Positions 7,927 through 16,441 of a stretch of 33,076 nucleotides of DNA are shown here, piece after piece. Source of the stretch: a bacterium. Its GTDB lineage: Bacteria; UBP15; UBA6099; JAJRTR01. The position numbers were made by a program, and so were the translations under genes. Each line of letters starts with the position of its first letter. Position 1 is the stretch's first letter. The notes beneath the pieces are model-generated. The model was not told the origin of the DNA and made no database searches. It saw only the letters and a program-made list of their open reading frames with translations. The DNA lies in the NCBI GenBank assembly GCA_024278215.1, contig JAJRTR010000055.1, positions 1 through 33,076 on the forward strand, given 5' to 3'.

Positions 7927-9036
7927 CTTCTTCGGCGGTCTTTTGTCCTCTGGAACATTTCTGTAAATTTCGTCGTAAGTGTGGAAACCGTCGGCGATGA
8001 CCGTATCCATCATATTTGCCTTATCCACCTGGACAGGCTCGATGAGAAGTGACGGAATATCGGCTGTGCCGTTGTTGACCGTCTGATTGGCCCTGTCGGA
8101 AATATCCTCACCTTTTGCCAGCGCGACGGTGATCTCGGCGGCAGTACGCGCAAGTTTCCTGATGGGTTTATAAACAGTCATGGTCTGTGTGCCTTCGACA
8201 ACTCTCTGGCAGGCCACGAGGTCTGCGTCCTGACCGGAAACCAGCACGATACCATCGAGTTTTCTGCTTTTCAGCGCCTGTATTGCGCCGCCGGCGGTTC
8301 CGTCGTTCGACACAACGATTGCATCGACATTATCGTTGTTTATTGTCAGCGCGTTGTCGACAAGTCTGCGTGCGTTGGATGCCTTCCAGTCTTCGGCCCA
8401 GTCGTCGAATACGATTTTAATGTCGCCTTTATCAATGGCCGGCTGAAGCGCTCTCATCTGTCCGTCGCGAAACAGCTTGGCGTTGAAGTCTGTCGGTGCG
8501 CCGCCTATGAGGACATAGTTGCCTACCGGTTTGTGCTTCAAAAGGTAACTGCCCTGGATATATCCGACTTTCTCATTGTCGAAAGAAATATAGAGATCGG
8601 GCCTGGAATTATTTATGAGCCTGTCATAGGCGACAACCTTTATGCCGTCCCTGTGTGCCTTGTCTACAATTTTCGCGGCTGTAACACCGTTGTGGGGCAC
8701 AACAACAAGGATGTCCACTCCCTGCGAGATCAGGTTATCCGCCTGTTTGTTCTGGAGTTCATCGTCTCCGGCTGCCTCAGTCACCCTGACTTCCGCGCCC
8801 AACTCCTTTGCTCTCTCGATGAACAGGTCTCTATCCTTCTGCCAGCGTTCCTCCTGGAGTGTGTCCATGCAGAGCCCGATAACAATCTTTCCTCTACCGT
8901 CATTAACCTTTTTATCCGATCCCCAGCCTTTTTTCAGTTTTAAATTGCTGCACCCCGCAGTTGCCATCACAAAAATAAACACCGCGCAAACCGCAGATAT
9001 TAAAGCTGATTTCTTCATTTTCAACATATCTCTCAC
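7924..9036 (-). CDS. xylF: D-xylose-type sugar ABC transporter substrate-binding lipoprotein (start may be 9018)
   Basis: ERWQKDRD, AYDRLI, SFDNEKVG, GGAPTDFNA, NDGTAGG, SGQDAD and TVYKPI motifs of XylF; lipobox TAGC. Confidence 0.82.
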   Translation of the reverse strand: MRDMLKMKKSALISAVCAVFIFVMATAGCSNLKLKKGWGSDKKVNDGRGKIVIGLCMDTLQEERWQKDRDLFIERAKELGAEVRVTEAAGDDELQNKQADNLISQGVDILVVVPHNGVTAAKIVDKAHRDGIKVVAYDRLINNSRPDLYISFDNEKVGYIQGSYLLKHKPVGNYVLIGGAPTDFNAKLFRDGQMRALQPAIDKGDIKIVFDDWAEDWKASNARRLVDNALTINNDNVDAIVVSNDGTAGGAIQALKSRKLDGIVLVSGQDADLVACQRVVEGTQTMTVYKPIRKLARTAAEITVALAKGEDISDRANQTVNNGTADIPSLLIEPVQVDKANMMDTVIADGFHTYDEIYRNVPEDKRPPKK

Positions 9037-9155
9037 CTCACCCCGAGTTTATTGTATTATACCCTTATTATTATTTGCGTGGAAGCTTATAATAACAACA
9101 GATTGCCGACTAATATTTCGAGGTGGAAAAGGTTTTGCAGGGTCGAGATAAAACA

Positions 9156-9500
9156 ATGAGATGCGAACCCTGGTGCAGGCATTACTTCAGGATCGACGGA
9201 ACTACTGTCTGCGTATTCGGCAATACACAGGTTCAGACGGAGAAAGGCGCGCCCTGCATAGGACGCAAGGAGAGCAGCACATCGAAAAAAAAATATGCTT
9301 ACAGAAAAAAGGAAAAGGAAACAGTCAGATACAAGCAGAAGGACTATGACAAACGTTGCCGGAAAGAATGCAAATATTACAGAGAAAATGTCTGCATTTA
9401 CGGTGTTATAGATTCGAGCACTGAAGAGGGCGCAGCCTGTACCGGCAAAAAAGTATTGCGAAGAAGAAAGTTTATCAATTTCAGCAAAACCAAAGAATAA
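9156..9500 (+). CDS. Small basic protein with two Cys4 repeats (hypothetical)
   Basis: Internal duplication RCEPWCRHY..VCVFG....TEKGAPCIG / RCRKECKYY..VCIYG....TEEGAACTG supports a real coding sequence; ATG at 9156. Confidence 0.65.
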   Translation: MRCEPWCRHYFRIDGTTVCVFGNTQVQTEKGAPCIGRKESSTSKKKYAYRKKEKETVRYKQKDYDKRCRKECKYYRENVCIYGVIDSSTEEGAACTGKKVLRRRKFINFSKTKE

Positions 9501-9516
9501 TTCCGGACAGTTTACT

Positions 9517-9694
9517 GAGCCAATTGCAATATTATGTTCGAGGCGAGATCGAGCGAAATTGTTCAGAGCAAGACGAAGGTGTAAAATCCTCGCAGGCATA
9601 CTTGTAGAGTATGTCGAGGACGATTTTATGCCGACAACGCAGCTTTGGACAATTGCAGCCGACCACAGCAGAATCAGAATTTTGCAACTGGCTC
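9517..9694 (-). mobile_element. Repeat family A copy 3 (inverted orientation)
   Basis: Reverse complement aligns gap-free to the other 178-bp copies; overlaps the 3' end of the DUF89 gene. Confidence 0.9.
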
Positions 9695-10558
9695 TTCATT
9701 CAGAGAGATGCGACCACTTTCCATGATGCAGATATCCCCGAAGTGGGCACCGAGCATACGGGCTACAAGGTCGCATTTTACTTTCATGAGGAAGAACAAC
9801 GAAGTGCGCACGGCGTCGAAAAGAGATTCGAAATTCGCCTGCCCTTTGGAGACAACAACATCCGCGGAAAAAAATAAATCTCTTATTTCAGGCGCGATGC
9901 GTTCGAGGGGGAACCCCATCGACTGAATACCCGTGTCCGCAAGTTTCGCGAGTCTGCCTATGCCCGCACGCTCGGCATACTCCATCGTCGCGTCATTCAG
10001 TGAGGGAGCGCCGCGCACAACAAACGTAACGGCTTTATCGCGCAACAAACGCAACAGCGGTTTGTCGAAATATATTTCACCGGTATTGTCGGCAAGATAA
10101 AGTACCGTCGCCGCTTTTTCGAGAGATTCTTTAAGTGCATCATAATGATTGACGGCGACATCGAAATTCATCGCGTCACGCACGGAAGCGGCGAGGTCGA
10201 AATCCGCCGCCGCTCCGAAATCTATTATGTTGCCGGCAATCGCGGTTTTCACGGCAGCAAGCAGCGGATCGCTGCCCCGGCGCGCCATTTCATCAATCTG
10301 CGGCTCCATCTTTTCCGCCATCGCGGTGAACTCTTCTTTTACTTTCAGATACGGGTCCGGATCGCCTACCGCGTCCCTGATTCTCCGGTGAACATTCTCG
10401 GCAGCCATAATGGAATCTGTTCCGGCGGGCACATCTTTCAAGTACTCGGCGACGGCCCTGACTGCATTCCAGTGAAGCTGCTCATCGTCCGTGCTCATCC
10501 TTGCTGCCTGAACGGCCTGCCGGATATAACACGCCATACAATCAAGTTTTATTTTCAT
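9674..10558 (-). CDS. DUF89/ARMT1-like damage-control metal-dependent phosphatase
   Basis: N-terminal CxxC, DPY, AIAGNIIDFG, DNTGE, NDAT, KGQANFESL and KC motifs. Confidence 0.9.
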   Translation of the reverse strand: MKIKLDCMACYIRQAVQAARMSTDDEQLHWNAVRAVAEYLKDVPAGTDSIMAAENVHRRIRDAVGDPDPYLKVKEEFTAMAEKMEPQIDEMARRGSDPLLAAVKTAIAGNIIDFGAAADFDLAASVRDAMNFDVAVNHYDALKESLEKAATVLYLADNTGEIYFDKPLLRLLRDKAVTFVVRGAPSLNDATMEYAERAGIGRLAKLADTGIQSMGFPLERIAPEIRDLFFSADVVVSKGQANFESLFDAVRTSLFFLMKVKCDLVARMLGAHFGDICIMESGRISLNEEPVAKF

Positions 10559-10593
10559 TACCCGCCTCCGGCGCGTTGCCTGTGCTGTTGCTG

Positions 10594-11694
10594 TCAGAGG
10601 ACAAGGATGTCGGGCCGCGCTATAGAAACATCGCCGGCCTCGAGTTCTATCGTCGGCCAGTCAGGCGCCTGCGTGACCAGTTCATTCCGCTCCTCAAGCA
10701 CGAGCAGCGTGTCTTCGCTTTTCGTGCCTGTTATGGAAGGATTCCAGGCATAAGCGGTGTTTGCCGCGACAACCCCTTCGGATTTCTCGTCGGCTTTATA
10801 ATAACGTGTTCTGTAACCTGTGGGGCCGCCCTGGTGGTGTTTCTCCCACTCGCCGTCATACCCGGCATTTTCGTAAGCATCCCTGCATATTTCAAAAATT
10901 TCCGATATTTTTCTGCCGGGGTGGGTATTCATGTTCATCATCACATCTACAAACACGCAGGCGGCATGTTTCTCGGCAAGTTCCGCAGACGGCTCGCCTA
11001 TACTTACCATGCGCGTGCATGAAGCGATGAGTCCCTTGCGTCTGCCGCACACGACCACCATTGCGGTTTTCATTATCTTTTTTTCAGTCGGCAGCGGATG
11101 CCTGTACTTTGAAATTCTTTCGTCGGCAGCCACCAGTGTAACTATGGGCGTCACGCCACGCGCATAGCATCTTTCGGCGACCAGTCCCGCGACCTCGTAC
11201 TCCATCATTCCTTTTTCGATTTTCCTGCATGCTTCCTGGAGCGCCGTACCGGTTCTTGCGCCGAGCGACCTGAAACGCACCAGTTCCGTAAGCGTCATTT
11301 CCATCGTGAGATCAAGGAAATCGCTGTCGAGCATCTTCAGGTTGCTGAACGGCGCGTCTGCCCTCACAATCATATCCTTCACATAGTTGTCGATCCCCAG
11401 CTTTGCGACATCCACCCGCCATGGGGCCACATAGAATTCGACAGGCAGGTTCTTGAGTTCTTCCTGCAGCAGTCTGTCCTTTTCGATGTTGTCCGTCATA
11501 ACAAATGCTTTGTCCTTCAGGATCATGAAAGTCGCGGCGCCCCTGTCTGTTGCGATATTGACATGGCTGCACCCACCGCAAGTCGCCCAGGCAAAATTAT
11601 CCGCCCGTGTAAGCACTAGCCCGTCAAGCGACTTCCTTTCCATATATTGTTTCATCCGTTCCATCTTTATATCAAATTCGTCCAACAGGTCCAT
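10594..11694 (-). CDS. M24 (pita-bread fold) family protein of the HHQGG/WNPS type, lacking several canonical metal ligands
   Basis: Creatinase-like N-domain (NFAWATCGG), RHP, SCTR, HHQGG, WNPS, KSED; GGAGG RBS. Confidence 0.8.
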   Translation of the reverse strand: MDLLDEFDIKMERMKQYMERKSLDGLVLTRADNFAWATCGGCSHVNIATDRGAATFMILKDKAFVMTDNIEKDRLLQEELKNLPVEFYVAPWRVDVAKLGIDNYVKDMIVRADAPFSNLKMLDSDFLDLTMEMTLTELVRFRSLGARTGTALQEACRKIEKGMMEYEVAGLVAERCYARGVTPIVTLVAADERISKYRHPLPTEKKIMKTAMVVVCGRRKGLIASCTRMVSIGEPSAELAEKHAACVFVDVMMNMNTHPGRKISEIFEICRDAYENAGYDGEWEKHHQGGPTGYRTRYYKADEKSEGVVAANTAYAWNPSITGTKSEDTLLVLEERNELVTQAPDWPTIELEAGDVSIARPDILVL

Positions 11695-12068
11695 CAGCGC
11701 ACCTCCGATTTTTTTCTGCTCAGAGCGTTTTCACAAAGTTCAAGCCATATTGTTTCCAGCTTGTTTATTCTACAAAAAATCTGCCTGAATTAGTTTAAAC
11801 AAAAAAACTTTTTCTTCAATCGTAATGCTTTTTAAAAATTGAGTGTCGTATGATCATGTGCATGAAAAATATCAGAGTTCCAGAAGTATTTTGATTCCTG
11901 TATCTATTTCATTCATGGTTTCCGCAGATAGAACTCCTCATCGTCAATAGAGTCTTTCCTCGGAAATAGACCGTATTGCATTACATAACACCGAACCTGG
12001 AACACTAATACACCTTCCGGTGGAGAAATCAGAACGTGAAGAGGAATGTCACGATAGGTTTTCGTAAT

Positions 12069-12258
12069 AGTATCTTACGACATGCTGCGTAGGATGGTAA
12101 AGAAATGCTGAAAAGAGATCGGTGAAAGCTGGAGTTTCCAGTTACAGTCGTTTCCAAGGTAGACCTTTGGAACGCTGAAACTCTGTGTGCCGTGCTCAAA
12201 CCGCATTAGTTTGGGCACGAAAATGTGGCCTGTTTGATTCCGGCTTCGCCAGGTTAGG
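12069..12258 (+). repeat. Repeat family B copy 2
   Basis: Aligns with 6239-6481 and 27412-27588 (reverse); ends CCGGCTTCGCCAGGTTAGG. Confidence 0.85.
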
Positions 12259-12421
12259 AATAACAACAAGAAGTCCCGCCGGTCCGGAATTGTAAATACT
12301 TGCGGAAACAATAAGCACAGGTCGCTGCCTCCCTGTTCATGGCCTTTCACCGGCTCAAGATCAGCTGTCCATATCTGACCATGTGCAGGCAGAATCTTTT
12401 CTTTTTAATCTTCTTTCATTT

Positions 12422-12599
12422 GAGCCAATTGCAAAATTCTGATTCTGCTGCGGTCGGCTGCTATGGTCCATAGCTGCGTTGTCGGCATAAAATCGTTCTC
12501 GACGCACTCTACAAGCACGCCCGCGGGGATTTTACACCTCAGCCTTGCTCTGAACAATTTCGCTCGACCTCGCTACGAACATAATGTTGCAATTGGCTC
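12422..12599 (+). mobile_element. Repeat family A copy 4
   Basis: 178 bp with TIRs GAGCCAATTGCAA...TTGCAATTGGCTC. Confidence 0.9.
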
Positions 12600-12726
12600 A
12601 TTCCTGTTTATTGATCCGGCACGTACAAAGAAAAAGAGAAATAAATTACTTTTTTGTGTAACCTCATCATGATATAGTGCAATATATAATGATGATTGTT
12701 AATTACGTGTTCGGGAGGCCGGGTAT

Positions 12727-13836
12727 ATGAATAAACTCTGGAGCTGCATGTTGCTTTTCTGCACTTTTCTGATCCTTAACGCAGCAACGTGCCGGGCATT
12801 TAATGAAGAAAAAACAGAGCTCGTAAAGGAATGCCCCGGAGGATTCGACTCTGTTGAATTTGAGAAGGAACACTGGTGCCAGTTCGATCTCGGCAAACAG
12901 GATATTGCTTTGCTCGATTCGAAAGATACGCTCGAAGTCGGCGCGCTGAAGATAAAGGGCAGGCTCGATGCAGCCAAAGTGGATTTATTATTGACGGATA
13001 CCAACCTGAGTAATATAGAAAAACTGGATTTGAGCTGGACAGGCATCACACCCGAACAGATGGAGCAAATTATTAGTTCGGACAATCTTGAAAAACTGTA
13101 CTCGATAAAGTTGGGTTATAACAGAATCAAGCCGGAAGATATAAAATTCATAGCGGAAGCGCCCGGGCTGATGAAGATCAAAAGTCTTGATCTGACAGGC
13201 TGCGGACTCGGACCGGATGGAATCGCGAAACTTGTCTCTTTTCCGGCAATCGGTAAAATCAGGTCTCTGAATCTCAGCAACAACAATATCGGCGATGCTG
13301 GTTTGAAACAATTGGCGAAAGCAAAGCTTCCCTCGCTCAGAGAGCTTACCCTTGGATTCAATAACATCAGCGATGCCGGCGCAAAAACTCTTTTGAAAGC
13401 GGCTTTTATAAAACATTTAAGATTGCTCGACATGAATTATAACGATATTCTCGACAGAGGCGCGATTGCCATCGCAAAATGCTCGGCGCTGTCTAATCTC
13501 GAATCGTTGAATCTGAATTACAACTACATCGGGGATAAGGGCACGACGAGAATAGCAAATTCCAAATATTTAAGTAAACTTCGTTTCCTCGGGCTGTGGC
13601 ACAATAATGTCGATGATTCCGGAATAAACGCCATAGCACGATCTGAAAAAATGAAAAATCTGCGGCGACTGAATCTTTCTCACAATGATTTCGGATCGAA
13701 AGGCGCCGCCGCCCTGGTCGCTTCCAAAACGCTTACAAAGCTGAAATGGCTTGATGTGAGTCGCAACGATATTGGGCCTGCTGCGCTCGAAAGCCTGAAG
13801 GCGCTTGAAGAAAGAAATGTGGAAGTAATATATTGA
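12727..13836 (+). CDS. Secreted leucine-rich-repeat protein (RI/GALA-like LRRs)
   Basis: Signal-peptide-like N-terminus; about 9-10 repeats of LxxLxLxxNxIgdxGaxxLa; GGAGG RBS. Confidence 0.85.
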   Translation: MNKLWSCMLLFCTFLILNAATCRAFNEEKTELVKECPGGFDSVEFEKEHWCQFDLGKQDIALLDSKDTLEVGALKIKGRLDAAKVDLLLTDTNLSNIEKLDLSWTGITPEQMEQIISSDNLEKLYSIKLGYNRIKPEDIKFIAEAPGLMKIKSLDLTGCGLGPDGIAKLVSFPAIGKIRSLNLSNNNIGDAGLKQLAKAKLPSLRELTLGFNNISDAGAKTLLKAAFIKHLRLLDMNYNDILDRGAIAIAKCSALSNLESLNLNYNYIGDKGTTRIANSKYLSKLRFLGLWHNNVDDSGINAIARSEKMKNLRRLNLSHNDFGSKGAAALVASKTLTKLKWLDVSRNDIGPAALESLKALEERNVEVIY

Positions 13837-13862
13837 CTTACGGACACTCTATAGTGAATTGA

Positions 13863-15662
13863 CTATAGCTTTTCACCTTTTATGTCTTTCTCATATTTTC
13901 TGCGTCTTTCTTTCAGGTATGTCGGGACAGGGACATCCCACCAGCCCATGGCAGGGCTTCCGCTGTCCGGGTATTCTCTCCATACTTTTACGTCGAGAAG
14001 TGCGGGCCTGCCGGCGCTGAGGCATCTTTTTAGCGCCACGCCGATATCCGTGCCTTTTTTTACAGTCTCCGCATAGCAACCCATCGCTTCGGCGATTGCG
14101 GCAAAACTTATATGATGAGGCTTGCCGTCGGGCGTAAGAAAATCTGTTGCGATTGCGCGATCTTCGCCGAATGCGGCCTGCTGCAAATCCTTTATGGCGA
14201 TCCAGCCCGCATTATCAAGTACGACGGTGACAGTGTTCAATCCGAGTTCGACGGCAGTCGCGAGTTCCTGCATGGTCATCATAAAATCGCCGTCGCCGAC
14301 TATGCAGATAACCTGTCGGCGCGGCTTCGCAAGTTTTACTCCGAGCGATGCGGGAAGCGCAAATCCCATTGTCGAGAATCCGCCAGATGTGATACATGTC
14401 GCGGGTTCGTAGAACGGGAACTCCTGGAGTATCTGCGCCTGCGAATTGCCGGACGCATGAACGATGAAAGCGTCGCGCGCGATATTCTCTCGTATCTCCT
14501 TGAGGGCATTTGAAATCGTCGGCTGTCCCTTATTTTTGTTCTGAAGTTTCTTTATGTGCTTGAGCCATTTATTTTTGTGCACCTGAAGTTCCTTGAAATA
14601 TTTTGTGCGCGTGTAGTCCCTGACAGCTTTTTTGCCGATGGCTTCAGCGATGGCCGCAAGCGTGAGTTTGGCGTCGCCGACGATGCCGACATCTACAGGG
14701 TAGTTCTTACCGATTTCAGTCGGATCGAGATCGATATGGATAAGTTTTGTAGGCGGGATCGAGAACGAAACGCCGTCTTTATAGCTCGAGGATGTTTCGT
14801 CGGCGAAGCGGCAACCGACAGCGAGCAGAACATCCGCGGTGGAAGTCATTTTCAGGCCGACAGTCGTTCCCTTGCTGCCCGTGTGCCATGCGTAAAGAGG
14901 ATGATCTTCAGGGAAAGCGCTTTTACCCTGCATAGTTGTCACAACGGCCGCGCCGACCGCCTCGGCGAGCTTCAGCAGTTCCTTATATGCGCGTGCAGTG
15001 TGTATGCCGCCGCCTGCGAGTATCACAGGGCGTCTGGCGGAAGTGAGCAGTCTTGCCGCGCGCGCTATGTCATCCGGGTCGGCATGCAGCGATGCTGAAG
15101 GACGTCGCGAATCGAGTTTATCGAATTCAACATCTGTCGAAGCAGCCTGCACGTCCATCGGCAGGTCGATCAGCACAGGGCCCCTGCGGCCTGTCAGCAT
15201 CTGGTTGAAAGCACGTGCTACTATCGTGGGAAGCTGACCTACGGTGTCGACTCGCCAGTATCTTTTCACTATTGGTTCGAATATTCGAGCGAAGTTTGCG
15301 TCGTGCGCGCGCTCTATTTCCTGCAGCAGGCCGTGTCCGCGCATGTGCGTGTGCGCGTCACCTGTTATAATCAGTACGGATGTCGAATCCACATAAGCCG
15401 TTGCAGCGCCGATTGCCGTATTTATCGCTCCGGGGCCTATGGAGGTGAAAACGGCAAGCGGTTTTCCTGTCACACGGTAGTAACCGTCGGCGATATGCAC
15501 CGCGCTCATCTCCTGCCTGACTTGCAGCAATTTTATTTTTTCTTCACGACCGATGAAAGCATCGGCAAGCGCGAGGCATCCGTGTCCGGGTATGCCGATA
15601 GCGTATGGCACTTCCTGTTTTATCAGATATTCGGCAATGATCTCTCCGCCAGTGAGTTCCAT
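13863..15662 (-). CDS. ThDP-dependent enzyme of the acetolactate synthase superfamily, IolD-like
   Basis: GIPGHG, RQEMSA, TSIGPGAIN, GDGDF...DNAG ThDP motif and C-terminal WWDVPVP; start reassigned to ATG 15662 with GGAGG RBS. Confidence 0.85.
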   Translation of the reverse strand: MELTGGEIIAEYLIKQEVPYAIGIPGHGCLALADAFIGREEKIKLLQVRQEMSAVHIADGYYRVTGKPLAVFTSIGPGAINTAIGAATAYVDSTSVLIITGDAHTHMRGHGLLQEIERAHDANFARIFEPIVKRYWRVDTVGQLPTIVARAFNQMLTGRRGPVLIDLPMDVQAASTDVEFDKLDSRRPSASLHADPDDIARAARLLTSARRPVILAGGGIHTARAYKELLKLAEAVGAAVVTTMQGKSAFPEDHPLYAWHTGSKGTTVGLKMTSTADVLLAVGCRFADETSSSYKDGVSFSIPPTKLIHIDLDPTEIGKNYPVDVGIVGDAKLTLAAIAEAIGKKAVRDYTRTKYFKELQVHKNKWLKHIKKLQNKNKGQPTISNALKEIRENIARDAFIVHASGNSQAQILQEFPFYEPATCITSGGFSTMGFALPASLGVKLAKPRRQVICIVGDGDFMMTMQELATAVELGLNTVTVVLDNAGWIAIKDLQQAAFGEDRAIATDFLTPDGKPHHISFAAIAEAMGCYAETVKKGTDIGVALKRCLSAGRPALLDVKVWREYPDSGSPAMGWWDVPVPTYLKERRRKYEKDIKGEKL

Positions 15663-15841
15663 TGATTTCCTCCGAGGAATTTGATGGTAATGATTGTAAC
15701 TCAATAGTAATTGTTTTTACAAATTCGAATTATGAAAGTTTATTTTGCGGTGACGTGCGGAAATGAAATATAATTGTCTGCGTATGAATCGGCTGCTATG
15801 ACGATGGAAAGAAGAAACGAAATAAAACTGCCGGAGTGTGA

Positions 15842-16372
15842 ATGATGTCTATGTTCGAGTTTGAAGGGAAGAGGCCGGAAGTCGGGCGTGGGTGCTGGAT
15901 ACATGAAACAGCACAACTGATCGGCGATGTTCGGATCGGTGACGAATGTTTTATAGGCGCGGGCGCCGTTCTGCGTGGTGACTTCGGTTCAATACGTGTG
16001 GGCGACTGTTCGAGTGTGCAGGAATCATGCACGATGCACTCCCGCCCGAATGAGGTCTGTTCCGTCGGCGATAACTGCGCGATCGGACATGGCGCGGTGC
16101 TGCACGGGTGCAAGGTAGAGGACAGGTCGGTGGTCGGCATGAACAGCACAATTACCGACGGAGCCGTAATCGGCAGCGATTGCATAGTACGTGAGGCTTC
16201 ATTCGTGAAGTCCGGAACAGTTGCGCCCGACGGGTCACTTATCGCAGGCAATCCGGCACAGATAAAAGGTCCGCTGAAAGATGTGCAGATAATGATAAAA
16301 GACGCCGGTATAGCGATGTATCGTGAATTAACGAAGCGTTATGTGGAAACAGCGAAGAAAATAATATTATGA
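15842..16372 (+). CDS. Gamma-carbonic-anhydrase-like hexapeptide-repeat protein (YrdA/CaiE/PaaY family)
   Basis: IGDVRIG, LRGD, three His ligands (MH, IGH, LHGC), GNPA. Confidence 0.9.
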   Translation: MMSMFEFEGKRPEVGRGCWIHETAQLIGDVRIGDECFIGAGAVLRGDFGSIRVGDCSSVQESCTMHSRPNEVCSVGDNCAIGHGAVLHGCKVEDRSVVGMNSTITDGAVIGSDCIVREASFVKSGTVAPDGSLIAGNPAQIKGPLKDVQIMIKDAGIAMYRELTKRYVETAKKIIL

Positions 16373-16441
16373 AAGAGCCGATTTCAGTATTGATGATAAT
16401 ACATATTATTGTTTTTATTATCATGTAACGGAGTAATCATA

